Shown in pieces: positions 52,701-64,000 of a stretch of DNA of 64,000 nt. The position numbers were made by a program, and so were the translations under genes. How positions within the stretch are numbered: position 1 is the stretch's first letter; each line of letters begins with the position of its first letter. This stretch comes from Takakia lepidozioides (taxonomy: Eukaryota > Plantae > Bryophyta): contig CM060733.1 of NCBI GenBank assembly GCA_030704615.1, forward strand, positions 71,362,001 to 71,426,000, in the 5' to 3' direction. The notes beneath the pieces are model-generated. The model saw only the letters and a program-made list of their open reading frames with translations, was not told the origin of the DNA and searched no databases.

Positions 52701-53470
52701 AGGCAGGCACGGCCATTGGTGCTGGTGCAGCAGTAGCTTGGGTGGACGTCGTAGTTGATGTGCCACTAGTCCCACGACTGCTCGTGGAAGCTGCTGTTGC
52801 AGCTCCAGCTACTGGTGCAGCTGCCAGTGTGGCTGCTGCCCTTGTGTCTCTAGTGATGGAGACATAGTTGGATGACTAGTACATCCTCCACTCCTCGATC
52901 TCAACGTCGTGCCCCCGCCTAAACTCATGGTAATCATCCATGGGCGGCCCCTCAAGGTGCTGAAACAGCCCCTTCCATGCCATAAAAGGCGTAAACAGTT
53001 GTGGATTACGCATTTACTGCAAGTCACACCAACTATCAAACTCTTGAATGAAATCATTCAACTCGATGGTGCCCACCGCCCCAGAGTACCTTTGTGGCCC
53101 CTTGGTAGCTCCATACATCTCCTCCATTGTGTCCCACAACAATGACAAGGAAACAACTTGCACCGCCGGTGTGAGTCATCCTGATTCACAATCCGAATCA
53201 GAACCTTCCGTAGAAGACACAGGAGGTAAAGGTGGCATAAACCGCACACCTCGTCTCGTATACCCGCTACTATCGCTAGTGCTCATACCGGCACTTTACC
53301 CAACAACTAGTGGCACCTTCATGTTGACAAACTGACACTCAACCGGTCATGAACCTGTCTCTAACCCCCTCTCCACAAGGTAACCGGGTAGAGAACCTGA
53401 TGCGGCTTATGGTTTGGAATACTAGGTTCTTAACATAGCCTGCACCTGCACCTGCATCCACCGCAGGCAC
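46720..53470 (-). mobile_element. Ty3/gypsy-type retrotransposon, copy 2, same family, lacking the methyltransferase; homology to copy 1 ends near the gag start
   Basis: Collinear with copy 1 from the LTR repeats and PPT (AGGGAGGCGAT, TG at 46857) through PHD, integrase (ORF 47675-48940), RNaseH, RT, protease (VLLDSGTQ ~51020) and gag to CCGCAGGCAC at 53470. The junction at 50468/50469 skips the MTase. Confidence 0.93.
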
Positions 53471-53744
53471 ATTAGAAAAAACTTGAGGCCAAATAAAGGT
53501 TGTTCCAACGTTCATATGTCCCCTATAGCCGCTCAAGGCGGGCAGCGATTTTTAGAATGCCATTTTGCAATGGTGGCAAAAAGGTGGCAAAAAGGTGGCA
53601 AAAAAGTTCCACGACGACGGTTCCACCGTGGCAAATTGTTTCGCGGGAAGCGCCAAGTTCTCGCGCTTCTCGTCCCTCCCTTTCTCGCGCGCTTCTTTCC
53701 CCAGCCTTTCTCGCACGCCGGCTTCCATCGGGCTCCAATGCTGC

Positions 53745-53906
53745 AGGCGTTTCCTGCAAGTGAGTGAGTGACCTTGCTTGTGAGTGAGTGAGTGAGTGAG
53801 TGACCTTCCTGCAGGTGAGTGAGTGACCTTGCTTGTGAGTGAGTGAGTGACCTTGCAGGTGAGTGAGTAACCAGGCGTTTCCTGCAGGTGAGTGAGTGAG
53901 TGAGTG
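53745..53906 (+). repeat. (GTGA)n-rich minisatellite punctuated by CCTGCAGG/CCTTGC
   Basis: Direct reading; GGTGGCAAAA x3 nearby at 53572-53602. Confidence 0.9.
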
Positions 53907-56769
53907 TCATTGCTACGTTCTCGCCCCGGGTATCCTCCTATCCGAGTACAACTTTACCTTATTTCTTTCTTTCTTTTCGTTTTTACCATCTTGTTCGCTT
54001 CCAGTTAGATACCTGAAGCTGTCGATCTTCTACTGTTGTACCAGTTATTTGTTTTGGTTCGAGAAATCCAATGCAAGTTTGTTTCTGTTGCAGTTGTGTA
54101 CCCCCCCCCTGCCCTGTAGCAATGGGCGTTACTGATGCTTTTCTAATGCTTTTCTAATGCTATGTTGCTATTTAGCTGAGTTGCTATGCTGCAGCAGTAT
54201 GAACCTTGGCCTGCATCTGTTTCTGGCGACGGATGATCAGAGGGAGCCGGCAATGCTAAGCCTCTGAATTGGCTGACGGGTCATGACACAAAGTCAAGGA
54301 CAATGTGGTGAGGGCACCTCTTCTTCAATCTATTTCAGCCTGGTTTGCCCTCTCATCAGACTCGTCCCTGATTTTGCATGTTGTATTGTGTAAGTTAGCT
54401 CGTTGGGTGGATCTATGGTGGTTTAGAGTGATTAGGGTCGCCATCGACAATCAAGTGAGGAAGACCGTCAGTTCCACGCAGCAATCCCTGCTGCCGTAGA
54501 AGGCAAACTGTGTCTTGGTCTTCTCAATAGTGGCATTGATAGCAAGTGCCAGTGCGCTATCAGGTGAAGTGGGAGCGGCAGCAGCAGCAACACACCTGTA
54601 CTGTGGCTGGGGGCCTCGACATACTCCAAGACTGGCAGGTAACATTTCTGCCTCTTGCTTCTTTATCTTGTTGGCGGATTTATGATTCCCTGTGGATCAA
54701 TAGCTACAAGAGACCAGCAGGGGTGGATGGTGCATGGGCACTCATAAAGGCACCTTCTTCAACACACTTCAGCCTGTTTTTCCCTCTTATTAGAGTCGTC
54801 CCTAATTCTCAATGAGTGGTTGTACACCCTCCCTTGAACTGAAGCCCTTATTTGACTGGGCTCCACCTTGAAGGGGACTCCTTTCTGTTGAGATGAAATT
54901 GGTTACTCTCGGAGATCCTTGATCACTGCTTGCCATGTTTGGACCACTACTGTGTGCGGATTGCAATGAGTGACCACTATCAGAACTTGAAAAACAGACA
55001 GTCTTAGTTACAGGCATAGGAACAGTTGGTATAAGATTAGGCCCTTTGGATGTGCTTGTCCTTGTGTCTTCAGCAAGAAAGCCGTTCTTTGCACCATCAT
55101 GGCGTGCCACCAAGTAGATCTGCCCAGTCTCATTTCTCCAGGAACCTGGGTTTGGACAGAAGTGAATGCCAGGAACCAGATTAATTTGCATCATTTGCCG
55201 GTAAGGAAACTTGGAGCGGGCAAGTGAAAAGGAAGCAGCAAGATTCTCTATCCCTTGATAAGGGCAGGTGGGCAGCATCAATTCTGCTGATGCTGCTGCA
55301 ACCTGCAACACCTTGAATGGCCTATCATATACAAATAATCCGAGCTCATTCTTGACTGAGATGCATTGAAAGGCTGGAAACTTGAATCCCCACTGTGCAT
55401 AAAGTGCAACAAAAAGCATTGCTTCCTCAATTTTCATATCCATCTCCATGATATGGGTGGGATCTTACAGTAGAACGACCCTTCAGGGACATCTAGTTGA
55501 TTGGCATCGTTTTCACATGCAGGGCATCATATGCTCCACTGGTTGAGAGCTTTGAAGGTGTGCAGCACAGATTAGACCATGTTTTGGAGGCTCTGAAGAA
55601 TCCCGATGGTTCTGGGTTGAGAGGCTCCTTGTCCCCTCAGGCAGAGGTTTTGTTAAGTGAGTCATTTGCAGTACCACCAGGCGATCATGCAAAGCACTTG
55701 AGGACATAGATAAGGTGCAGGTTGTGCCACAAGATCCAGCTGCAGCAGTGTCTGGAGATAATGCTTTGAGTGCTAAAGTTTCAGGTGTGTGACCATTTCC
55801 CTGGTTGACAGAACTAAGCATCTACTCCCTAGTCTGTGAGGTAATTATCCAGGTTGGTTGTTGCCAGAAATAAGTGACAATCAGATGTGACCGGAGCAAG
55901 GATATAGATATGGGGTTTACTAATTATATATTCGTTGGCTGCCTGAATCAGGCTGAATCCTCACTTCAGCAGTTGAATATCTCTACCCTTGTTGTTGATA
56001 ACATGTCCCTCTCTTCTTGCAGGAGGAGGCATTGGCCAGCCTGGTTGAGTGGTTAGCAGATCCAGCTATTGCAAGCAATCCTACGCTGCTGCTGACTGCT
56101 GGCATCATCTATTCCCATGAGCAAAATTACAATGAAGCTCTCAAGCATACACATGTGGGGGGGACTCTTGACCTGTGAGTAATCTGTCAGAACCCAGGGT
56201 TTGTCAAATCATATATGTTGGTGCTGTAGGGATGAGGTTTGGGTTTGGGTACAGTGGGCCACACTATGATGGCCGGGATATGTTGTTCTTTATGAGGTGT
56301 GGCTGGTTGGGTTGGTTTCACAGGATAAGGAATGCCTCTGCTTAATCACTATTGCTATTCTTTGACAGCTGGGCATCACAGATTCAAGCTGCGGATGGTG
56401 ATGGTGAAGGCACTGGGGAGGACCTCATCTGGTACTTCGGGGCATAGAATGGGCCGGATGAGAGTAGATGGACACCTGTTTCAACAAACACCTGTTTCAC
56501 ATTTGATGGACACCTCTTTCAACAAACGGATAAATAAAGTCAAATAAGGTGGAAAGGTGTAGGATAAATAAAGCCAAATAGGTTTGAAGCCAAACAAGCC
56601 CGAATTGAAATAAGTTTAAGTTTAAAGTCAAACCAGTTCAATTGAAATAAGTTTACAGTCAAACAAGTTGAATTGAAACTTCGGTACTTGTATCAGATAA
56701 CAGAAGCCACACTTTACTGATGTGTTACTGCTGGTCACATACCATATCCATTCTCTATCCCTTCAAGCG

Positions 56770-59321
56770 ATGGAGTTAGATCAGATTGCGAGTTCCCACA
56801 AGTCCGAATTGAGATCCCTCAAGTTGCAGCTCACAAGGTCTAGGGCAACTTATACTCGCTTGGAGCAAAAACTGAGTAAGGTTCGCAATACCCCCTATGG
56901 ACCTAGAAGCCAAATATGGCAGAGGAAAGATCTGAACAATCTTGCACCAAATGGTGGACAAGCCAAGGCGCTTAGAAGATTGGCGCGGAGTATCATTATG
57001 CCAGCTACTGCACAAAAAGTGCAACAAGAGAATGCTGCATCAAACAGCAAGAAGAGGCTTTGTGGCGATAGAAGTACCCAAGAAAAATCTGGAAAAGTCT
57101 TCACTCAAATTCTATCAAGGACTGAGGTAGATTCGATGTTGCATGTGCTTACATTTACTCACGTAGGTGCAAAAATGGCAAATCAATATCTCAATGAAAT
57201 CGGCAAACAGGTTGGGCCCAGTGAGATTTTGGAGACCTGTGACAGGAATGGGATCACCCAAGCAGGTTACAGTGCAATTTACAAGAAGTTTAAAGGTGGT
57301 GTAAAAGTTGCCTCCAAAGGGATGAGAGTAGGATGTCTACCCAATCCGCATCGAGTGTCGAAATTGGGCAAGGAATTGAACTCCAAGCTTCAGGATTTCG
57401 TAGGTGAATACTACCATTTAAACAACAGCCTTGAAGTTCCTAAAAAGGTCAAGAACGGTGAAAAGAATGAGGCTACTCGAGTGACACTATCCGAGCACAA
57501 TTCTTTTTTCGCGGATGTGGAGCAGGTGCATCCTACCATGGTCGAATTGTATGAGATCACACTTGCCGGTAAGTCTTCTACATCGTGCACCTATAAATTC
57601 TGTGTTTTTTAAAGTTTAATTTTATATATTCTTAGTATTGATTGCTTGATTTTGATTTTACAGAATTGAAGGGGAGCCCTCTACAGTTTGTCTTGAAGCT
57701 TGATGAGGCAGAAATCGTTCATGCCCAAAAGCTGGAAAGAGTGAGTAGACCGTGCATGAACCCTCATGAACCGTGCATTAGACCCATCCGTCACTCCGGA
57801 TAGTGAAAAGTTTTTCAGTGTGCAAAGTGAGAGGGAGATTTGGCCTATAGCTTGTTTTCAAGTGGCAAAGGAGAACACAGAGGTTCTAAACTGGGTGTTC
57901 CAACAAACCAAACTTCCTTCGCTAATTCAAGCCCAAGAAGATGGACAACTTCTTCACGTCCCAGGTTTTGGTGATTACAAGGTAGATATGGCAGCCGACA
58001 TGAAGACAATAAAAGCCATGTTTGGTTTGAAGGGAGGTGCAAATAGTTTGCATTCTTGCATTTATTGCATGCAGGAGAGAGTCAAGTCTGTAGAGGGTCC
58101 ATGAAGGACGCCGCTGCTGCTATTAATAAGCGTTCCCATACATGGAATGGAGGCTTATTTGTGCAAAACATTACTGCCAAACCTGTGAGTGGGAGTCACG
58201 GAAAAGATCGTTGGAAACCATTGTTGCCCATCCCCATTGAGAGAGTGCATATTTGCACTTTACATGCCATGAATAGGATTATTGAGAAAATGATCCACCT
58301 CCATTTCATGTTTGTGTGGACCATTCGCGATAAGAAATTACAAGAGTTAGCTATTGCTGATATAGAAAATGTGTTGTCCAGCACTGGTGCACACAGTGGT
58401 TTGGTTAAGATCATGAAAGATAATCAACTGTCTGGCAAACTGAGTAATATCCCCAACAAACCTTCGTTCAGTGGCCCACATGCTGCCAAACTCTTAAAAA
58501 CGAGTACTTTAGAGGGAGGCTCCGACAAGTTGTACATTGATGTGGTAAAGTCCGAGCACAACCACACGGACGATGGGGCAAGAAGGAGAAATTGATTAGC
58601 ATGTTGGGTTGCGTTTGATAAGTTGCATCCCTATCTTTTTGGCCTTACACTCACCGGTGGACAAAAAGCTGAATATAAGAAATGCGTGGAGGAATTCGGA
58701 CGCGCTTTCATCAAGAGTTGGGGGGAGGGTCCAGTTACACACTATATTGTGAGTATCTACAACATCCCTTGATTTTGATTGGAATGCTTATAATAAAATT
58801 TTGCATTTCAATTATAGCACTTATAGATGACAATGCTAATTGTTCAAGTTGATTGGAATGCTTGTAGTAAAATAGCATAGATGACAATGCTAATTGTTTA
58901 AGTTGATAATTTGCAGCAAGTATTGGTCAAGCACACCCCGTGGTTTGTTGAAAAGTATGGAAGCCTATCTGTCTGGTCATGTCAAGGAATGAAGAACTCG
59001 CATCAAGCGCCAAAAGCGGCATATCAGCGTCATACTCAACATGCTGGAACAAAATGCAAGAAAAGTCCTTTGGTACAGACCTATCAACACAGGTTTAGGA
59101 TCATTCAACATAGGTTCAGAAACAAGAGCCTTCAATTGAATGTTGCCATTGGTAGCCTTAGAGGTGAGGAGGCAATTCAGGCCCGACGTGCAGCATCCTT
59201 ACACTCAAGCGCAACAGTACATAGCGCTTTGTGGCGATCAAGATGCACTCGGGTTGGCAGTAGGTGGGTACCAAACTCTGAAGAGCCGATTGTAGAAGAG
59301 CCGATTGAGGAATCACCATAG
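56770..59321 (+). mobile_element. Intron-containing DDE transposase pseudogene with RAG1/Transib/Chapaev-like core motifs
   Basis: Exons about 56770-57568, 57664-58748 and 58917-59321 with GT-AG introns. Ordered motifs FVLKLDEA, AADMKTIKAMFGLKGGANSLHSCIYC, ICTLHAMNRI, WGEGPVTHYI|QVLVKHTPWFVEKYGSLSVWSCQGMKNSH. Frameshifts near 57755 and 58095, stop at 58595. Confidence 0.72.
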
Positions 59322-59844
59322 GGGCCAATTCCGGATTCCCAGGTATGAGGTTCAAAGTTTGAACGTAGTCACCACTTCACTCGCTGTAAACAATACTCGC
59401 TACTTTCCTATGGTTGTTTTGCTTGTTTTGTTTTGTTTTGTTTTGTTTTTGTTTTTTGTTTTTTTTACTTAACCTTGTATCATTGAAGGGATTTTAGACT
59501 CAAACACATTTACAAACATAGCCTTTCACTGAAGAGTTCCTGTCTGCTTCCATTTCTGGCCTGCATTGCTAGAGCCGGACGTAAACAAAAACAACTACAA
59601 GATGTCTTGGAAGTGGTACCAGGAGGGTGATAACTCTGCCCTTGCTGTGGCTGTAGGTGCCTGCATCATACGTTGCGAGCTGACAAAACTGCAATGGAAC
59701 CAAGCCCAGGTCCTGCAGGTGAGGGATGCACATCTTCAGCATCTGCCTTACTCATCGGCATCTCACATGTAAACACAAGCTACCTACGGACCTAAGACCT
59801 GCAACATTAGTACAGTTGACAGCCCTGCCCAGCCCTGCCCTGTA

Positions 59845-60310
59845 GGGTAGACAGGGCAGACTCAGACTGAGTCTGCCCTAGCAGACTGACAAAAGACAGG
59901 GCAGACTCAGACTGAAAGCAAAGAAACATGGTAATACTCTTGCTGTAGATGTTTCAGTACAAAATGGCTGAAGGATACAAAGTAAACTAGAAAAAGAAAT
60001 TAATTCTGTGGCTGTGGCTTGCCTCCACACCAAAGGAGTTAGCAAATGAGCAGGGTAGACAGGGCAGACTCAGTGTAAGTCTGCCCTAGCAGACTGACAA
60101 AAGACAGGGCAGACTCAGACTGAAAGCAAAGAAATTGCTCAACTAGTTGTCTATCACCATCTCCATCAGACCATAGTCTGAGATCTGCCCTGTGTACAAA
60201 AGGTCAAGAATGGTGAAAAGAAGGAGGTTACTCACTAGGGCAGACTCAGTCTCGCTTTGACTTCTCAGCAGATTGATTATGGAGGGCGGGCTGAGACAAG
60301 CACGGGCAGA
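59845..60310. repeat. Array of AGGGCAGACTCAG motifs in both orientations, including an ~80-bp direct duplication
   Basis: Forward copies at about 59853, 59898, 60061, 60106 and 60237; inverted copies at about 59867, 60079 and 60184. AGGGCAGACTCAG-A-CTGAGTCTGCCCT is a perfect hairpin. Confidence 0.85.
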
Positions 60311-60957
60311 TTGGTTTCAGGTCATACTACTGGCTGGAGTGCAGCCTGTTGACAGTGGATAATCGTGCGCAACCATGCACCTCATGAAAACGAATTTGAA
60401 TCGGTGATCCGAAGCACCGCCGTGAAGTCGTCATCAACCCCGAATATCGACTGCCTCTGTTCTGCTGGGGGCTCCTGTAAGTCTGTCAGACATGCTGCCA
60501 TCATACAGCGTACTATTAATGGATCTTCAGTTGAAGTGACCGTAAGTTTCCTCTTGTATCACCTCTGGACATAGTAAGGCATCTGGATTCCCTGCAGTGG
60601 CGGTGGCAAAGATTGTCAAGAAACATGTGGGCTTTGTACAGACCATCGATTGTCAATAGTAGTAGGGCTAGTGTGTTTCGTTACCCTGCTCTCCATGGAC
60701 TTGATGATTACATCATCTTAAGCAGAGATCTTTCAGTTGAATCACTCCTACTTCCACAGCAGAAGCAGCAGTCCAGGTTGGATTATCTGAGCTTTAGTGT
60801 GATTGCACTTGACCACATGACAATAAACTGGAGGGAGGAGAGTAATGTTACCCTGGTTCTAGAGAGACAGTTTTCTTTGATGTGACCCTTACCCAACTTT
60901 TGTAATGTTCAACCATGCAACTACTCAACTCCAGCCTGTCATGTCATTGGCGCATTC

Positions 60958-61598
60958 AAACCCAACTTGGCCCGGCATGCTCCAGGATCCCTGCCAAGCA
61001 TGATGAGGACAGCACCGCTCAAAAGAACCTCCGCTCTGAAAGAACCTTTCATCTCCTGATGCGCAGAACTGAGCCTAAGTAGTATGAACCTGAAGTTGCA
61101 GCCGTTGCCGCATGCGCCACTTCCTCTGCCCCACAGACATACTAAGGTGATTACAAGGAACCCAACTTGGCCTGGCATGCTCCAGGATCCCTGGCAAGCA
61201 TGATGAGGACAGCACCGCTCGAAAGAACCTCCGCTCTGAAAGAACCTTTCATCTCCTGATGCGCATGTTCTTCTTTTTGCTAGGCTTAAGCATCATCACC
61301 AATGCGCCTTCTTTCAGTTCAGTGAGCCTAACTAGTATGAACCTGAAGCTGCAGCCGTTGCCGCATGCGCCACTTCCTCTGCCCCACAGACATACTAAGG
61401 TGATTACAAGGAACCCAACTTGGCCCGGCATGCTCCAGGATCCTTGCCAAGCATGATGAGGACAGCACCGCTCGAAAGAACCTCCGCTCTGAAAGAACCT
61501 TTCATCTCCTGATGCGCAGAACTGAGCCTAAGTAGTACGAACCTGAAGCTGCAGCCGTTGCCGCATGCACCACTTCCTCTGCCCCACAGACATACTAA
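60958..61598 (+). repeat. ~200-bp tandem repeat x3; the middle unit has a ~52-bp insertion
   Basis: AACCCAACTTGGCC.GGCATGCTCCAGGATCC...CCCACAGACATACTAAG starts at about 60959, 61159 and 61412. Confidence 0.92.
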
Positions 61599-62520
61599 GC
61601 GCCTGGACTTGCTGCTCGGGGGGGGGGGTGGGCGGGGACGGAGTCATCGCATTCTCCCTCTCTAAAAGTCCGCACAGATCAATCTTTTCCCAGATCAATC
61701 TTTTTCTTTTCTTTTTTTTCTTTTTCTTTATTCTAGCGACGACCGAAGGTCGAGAGCTAGTTTAGCGTAGAGCAGGAATAGGGTGCCATAGTGCCACATC
61801 ATCGTCGCCACGTGTCGTAGCCACCTGTCGTCGCCACGTTTCGTACATCGTCAATTTCTTTCTATCTGCCCGGATTGCCCGAAAAAGCCGAAAATAACTT
61901 CTTGAACGGTATTTCGTCGAGACTGACCCTTTTCCTCCCTGCTTCTGTTTGATGTTCAAAGGAGAGAGAGAGAGCGCGAGCGCAATGGCTACATAGGTTG
62001 ATAAGGCCTGGTATTTAGAACAGGCTTAGATAGGTTTGGCAGAGCTCGACTGTGCGGAGGGCATTTCTTCAAACGGCGCATACAGGAGAGCGTTCTCCAG
62101 TGAGAATTCCAGGGAAAAAGGTGAGCATATTTATCCTCCACAATGGTGGGACAACCTACATATCAAGGTTTAGAGGGTTTACCCCTAGGACGCCTCTCTT
62201 TCTTCTTACATGATGTGAAAAAGGTTTTCTGTTCTACAAAAGTGGCTGTCCCTGTCTGTATCATAGGTTGTTGTTCCTAAACAAGCCATGAAATTGCATT
62301 GCGCAAGGGTTTTTCTTGGTGTTTACAAGGTACTTGGGAGGGTCTTCTTGGTTTTGGGAGGCCGTCTTATTGATAGCTACAAAAAACCTGCATGAGTAGA
62401 TGGTCAACTGCAAGCAGCAGCAGGGGCACAATTGATAAAATCAGGCACTCTCACAATGACCACAGCCTCCAAAAGAGGACCAAGAGAGGGAGTCCACAGG
62501 ACCTCTTCTGAAAATTCCGG

Positions 62521-64000
62521 GTATATGGACACTATGTGAGGCAGGGAAACTGAAAGAGGCTCTTCAAATTTTGAACCAAGGAAGCATTTCAGCAGGTACA
62601 GATACTTATGTCTGTCTCTTGCATGCGTGCGTCAAGATGAAAGGCCTGGAAATGGGAAAGCAAGTGCACTCTCACATTACCCAAAGTGGATTCAAACCAA
62701 ATGTTTTTCTACAGAACACCCTTGTGAACATGTATGTTTAATGCGGGAGCATCATGGCTGCACACCAAGTGTTCAACAAAATGCCTGAACGAGGTTTGTT
62801 CACATGGAATACAATGATGGTAGGATTTACCAAGTATGGGTGTGGTAAGAATGCCTTGGAGACATATAAGCAAATGATGCAGGAAGGGGTGACGCCCAAC
62901 CGGGTCATATTCGTTTGCGTTTGCAATGCATGTGCAAGCCTGGCAGCCCTGGAAAATGGCAAAGAGATCCATGGTGACATCATCAAAGCTGGAATTGTAC
63001 CAGGTGTCATTCTGAACAAAACCCTCATGGGAATGTATGACAAATGCGGCAGCATCAAAGATGCAAAAGGGGTGTTCGACAATATGGCTGCACAGGATGT
63101 GGTGTCCTGGAATGCAATAATCGCAGGATATGCCAGGCATGGGTGTGGCATAGAGGCTTTGGAGACCTATGAGCAAATGATGCAGGAAGGAGTGAAGCCC
63201 AATCGGATCACATTTGTGTGTGTCTGCAATGCGTGTGTGAGCCTGGCAGCCCTGGAAAAGGGCAAAGATGTCCATGGTGATGTAATCAAAGCTGGACTTG
63301 TACCAGATGTCATTCTGAACACTACCCTCGTGGACATGTATGCCAAATGTGGCAGCATCGAAGATGCAAAGGGAGTGTTCAAAAATATGACTGAACGAGA
63401 TGTGGTGTCCTGGAATGCGATGATTGCAGGATATGTGCAGCATGGGTGTGGCATGGAGGCTTTGGAGACCTATGAGCAAATGATGCAGGAAGGGTGAAGC
63501 CCAACCGGGCCACATTTGTTTGTATTTTCAATGCATGTGTGAGCCTGGCAGCCCTGGAAAAGGGCAAAGAGGTCCATGGTGACATTATCAAAGCTGGAAT
63601 TGTATCAGATTGCATTCTGAACACTGCCCTCATGGACATGTATGCCAAATGTGGCAGCATCGGAGATGCAAAGGGAGTGTTCGAGAATATGGCTGAACGG
63701 GATGTAGTGTCCTGGAATATAATGATTGCAGGATATGCCCAGCATGGATATGAGCTGGAGGCTTTGGAGACCTATGAGCAAATGATGCAGGAAGGGGTGA
63801 AGCCCAACCGGGTCACATTCACTTGCATTTGCAATGCATGCGCGAGCCTGTCAGCCCTGGAAAAAGGCAAAGAGGTCCATGAAGACATCATCAAAGCTGG
63901 AATCGTACCAGATCTGATTCTGATCAATACCCTTGTGGACATGTATGCCAAATGCAGCACCATCAGAGGTGCAAAGGGAGAGTTTGACAATATGGCTGAA
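62521..64000 (+). pseudogene. PLS-class PPR gene, paralogue of the 13920-15663 pseudogene; runs off the window
   Basis: Shared N-terminus (LCEAG.LKEALQ...QGSISA..DTYVCLLH.C); P-L-S triplets with 303-bp period; in-frame TAA at ~62739 and a 1-bp deletion near 63493. Confidence 0.9.

Noticed and set aside
62739-62741. Stop codon repaired by U-to-C RNA editing
   Set aside because: This is a nuclear gene, the expected residue is Lys (YVKCGS) rather than Gln, and a frameshift follows downstream.

Overview
Eukaryotic nuclear DNA from a land plant. The TAF1 and PLS-class PPR style suggests a non-seed lineage, but the species cannot be fixed from sequence. At the left end is the 5' part of a spliced TAF1 gene on the minus strand (14 exons reconstructed; it continues off the window). 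Next is a PLS-DYW PPR pseudogene with an internal ~0.67-kb inversion. About 46 kb of decayed, nested transposons follow, and a second, paralogous PPR pseudogene runs off the right edge. The most striking system is a tandem pair of Ty3/gypsy-type retrotransposons. In copy 1 the polyprotein carries a DNMT3-like cytosine-5 methyltransferase between protease and RT; in both copies it ends in a PHD finger after integrase. Copy 2 lacks almost exactly the methyltransferase domain, and copy 1 has a chimeric RT duplication. A second notable item is an intron-containing DDE transposase whose motif order matches the RAG1/Transib/Chapaev core. Also present are CACTA, SWIM-type, IS481EU/GingerRoot-like and LINE remnants, two MITEs and several palindromic repeat arrays. 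All calls come from reading motifs by eye; no searches were run.
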